A DNA stretch of 64,000 nucleotides from Waterburya sp. (lineage in GTDB: Bacteria > Cyanobacteriota > Cyanobacteriia > Cyanobacteriales > Xenococcaceae), in NCBI GenBank assembly GCA_965217895.1, contig CBDCJV010000002.1, positions 3,648,001 through 3,712,000 on the forward strand, in the 5' to 3' direction. Below are positions 63,842 through 64,000 of this stretch, one piece after another. The notes under the pieces were generated by a model that had not been told where the DNA came from, searched no databases, and saw only the letters and a list, made by a program, of their open reading frames with translations. The position numbers and the translations under genes are program-made. How positions within the stretch are numbered: position 1 is the first letter of the stretch; each line of letters opens with the position of its first letter.

Positions 63842-64000
63842 TACTCACTCCTACACCACTTAATTGAAAATTTACTGCGAGGATCTTGTCCACCAGCAGA
63901 TACTGAGAATCTTAGGGATCGCTTTTACTAATTACTGATTACTGTTTTGCCATGAACCCCCACCAAAATACCAAGGTATTCAGCAGGGGCTTGTTTTAGT

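Noticed and set aside
63928..64000. Upstream minus-strand ORF end as a fatty acyl-AMP ligase
   Set aside because: Only LKQAPAEYLGILVGVHGKTVISN* is visible; no FAAL motif, so it cannot be assigned.

Overview
AT-rich cyanobacterial chromosome segment with dense HIP1 (GCGATCGC) sites and chlB, chlD, petP, narB/nrtP, sigF, menA/F/D, rplU-rpmA, ligA and clpB. Most of it is housekeeping. Accessory elements: (1) a roughly 9 kb candidate biosynthetic cluster with no KS or NRPS (12.7-21.8 kb). It encodes a beta-propeller protein, a stand-alone ACP fused to a CurM/OLS-type sulfotransferase, two paralogous alpha/beta hydrolases, a TPR protein, a SyrB2-like enzyme with an atypical H-Q-T metal motif and a SyrP/TauD-like dioxygenase, and is bracketed by copies of a MITE. 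A separate ACP-alpha-oxoamine synthase gene lies at the right edge of the window. (2) An integron-type cassette array with no integrase in the window, downstream of clpB: two attC sites, a CHAT/caspase-like cassette, a BrnT/BrnA cassette, a diverged duplicate of the clpB 3' end and 49-bp flanking direct repeats. (3) A fused C5-methyltransferase/PD-(D/E)XK endonuclease gene between menF and menD. (4) A secreted protein built from 28-aa beta-hairpin-like repeats. (5) A putative pseudoknotted RNA upstream of clpB. Also several pseudogenes missed or mis-bounded by the ORF track (IS4-type transposase, Crp/Fnr regulator, frameshifted SDR, truncated membrane protein), MITEs and two NtcA boxes. No tRNA, rRNA or CRISPR array was seen. 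All family calls come from motif recognition by eye, not from database searches.
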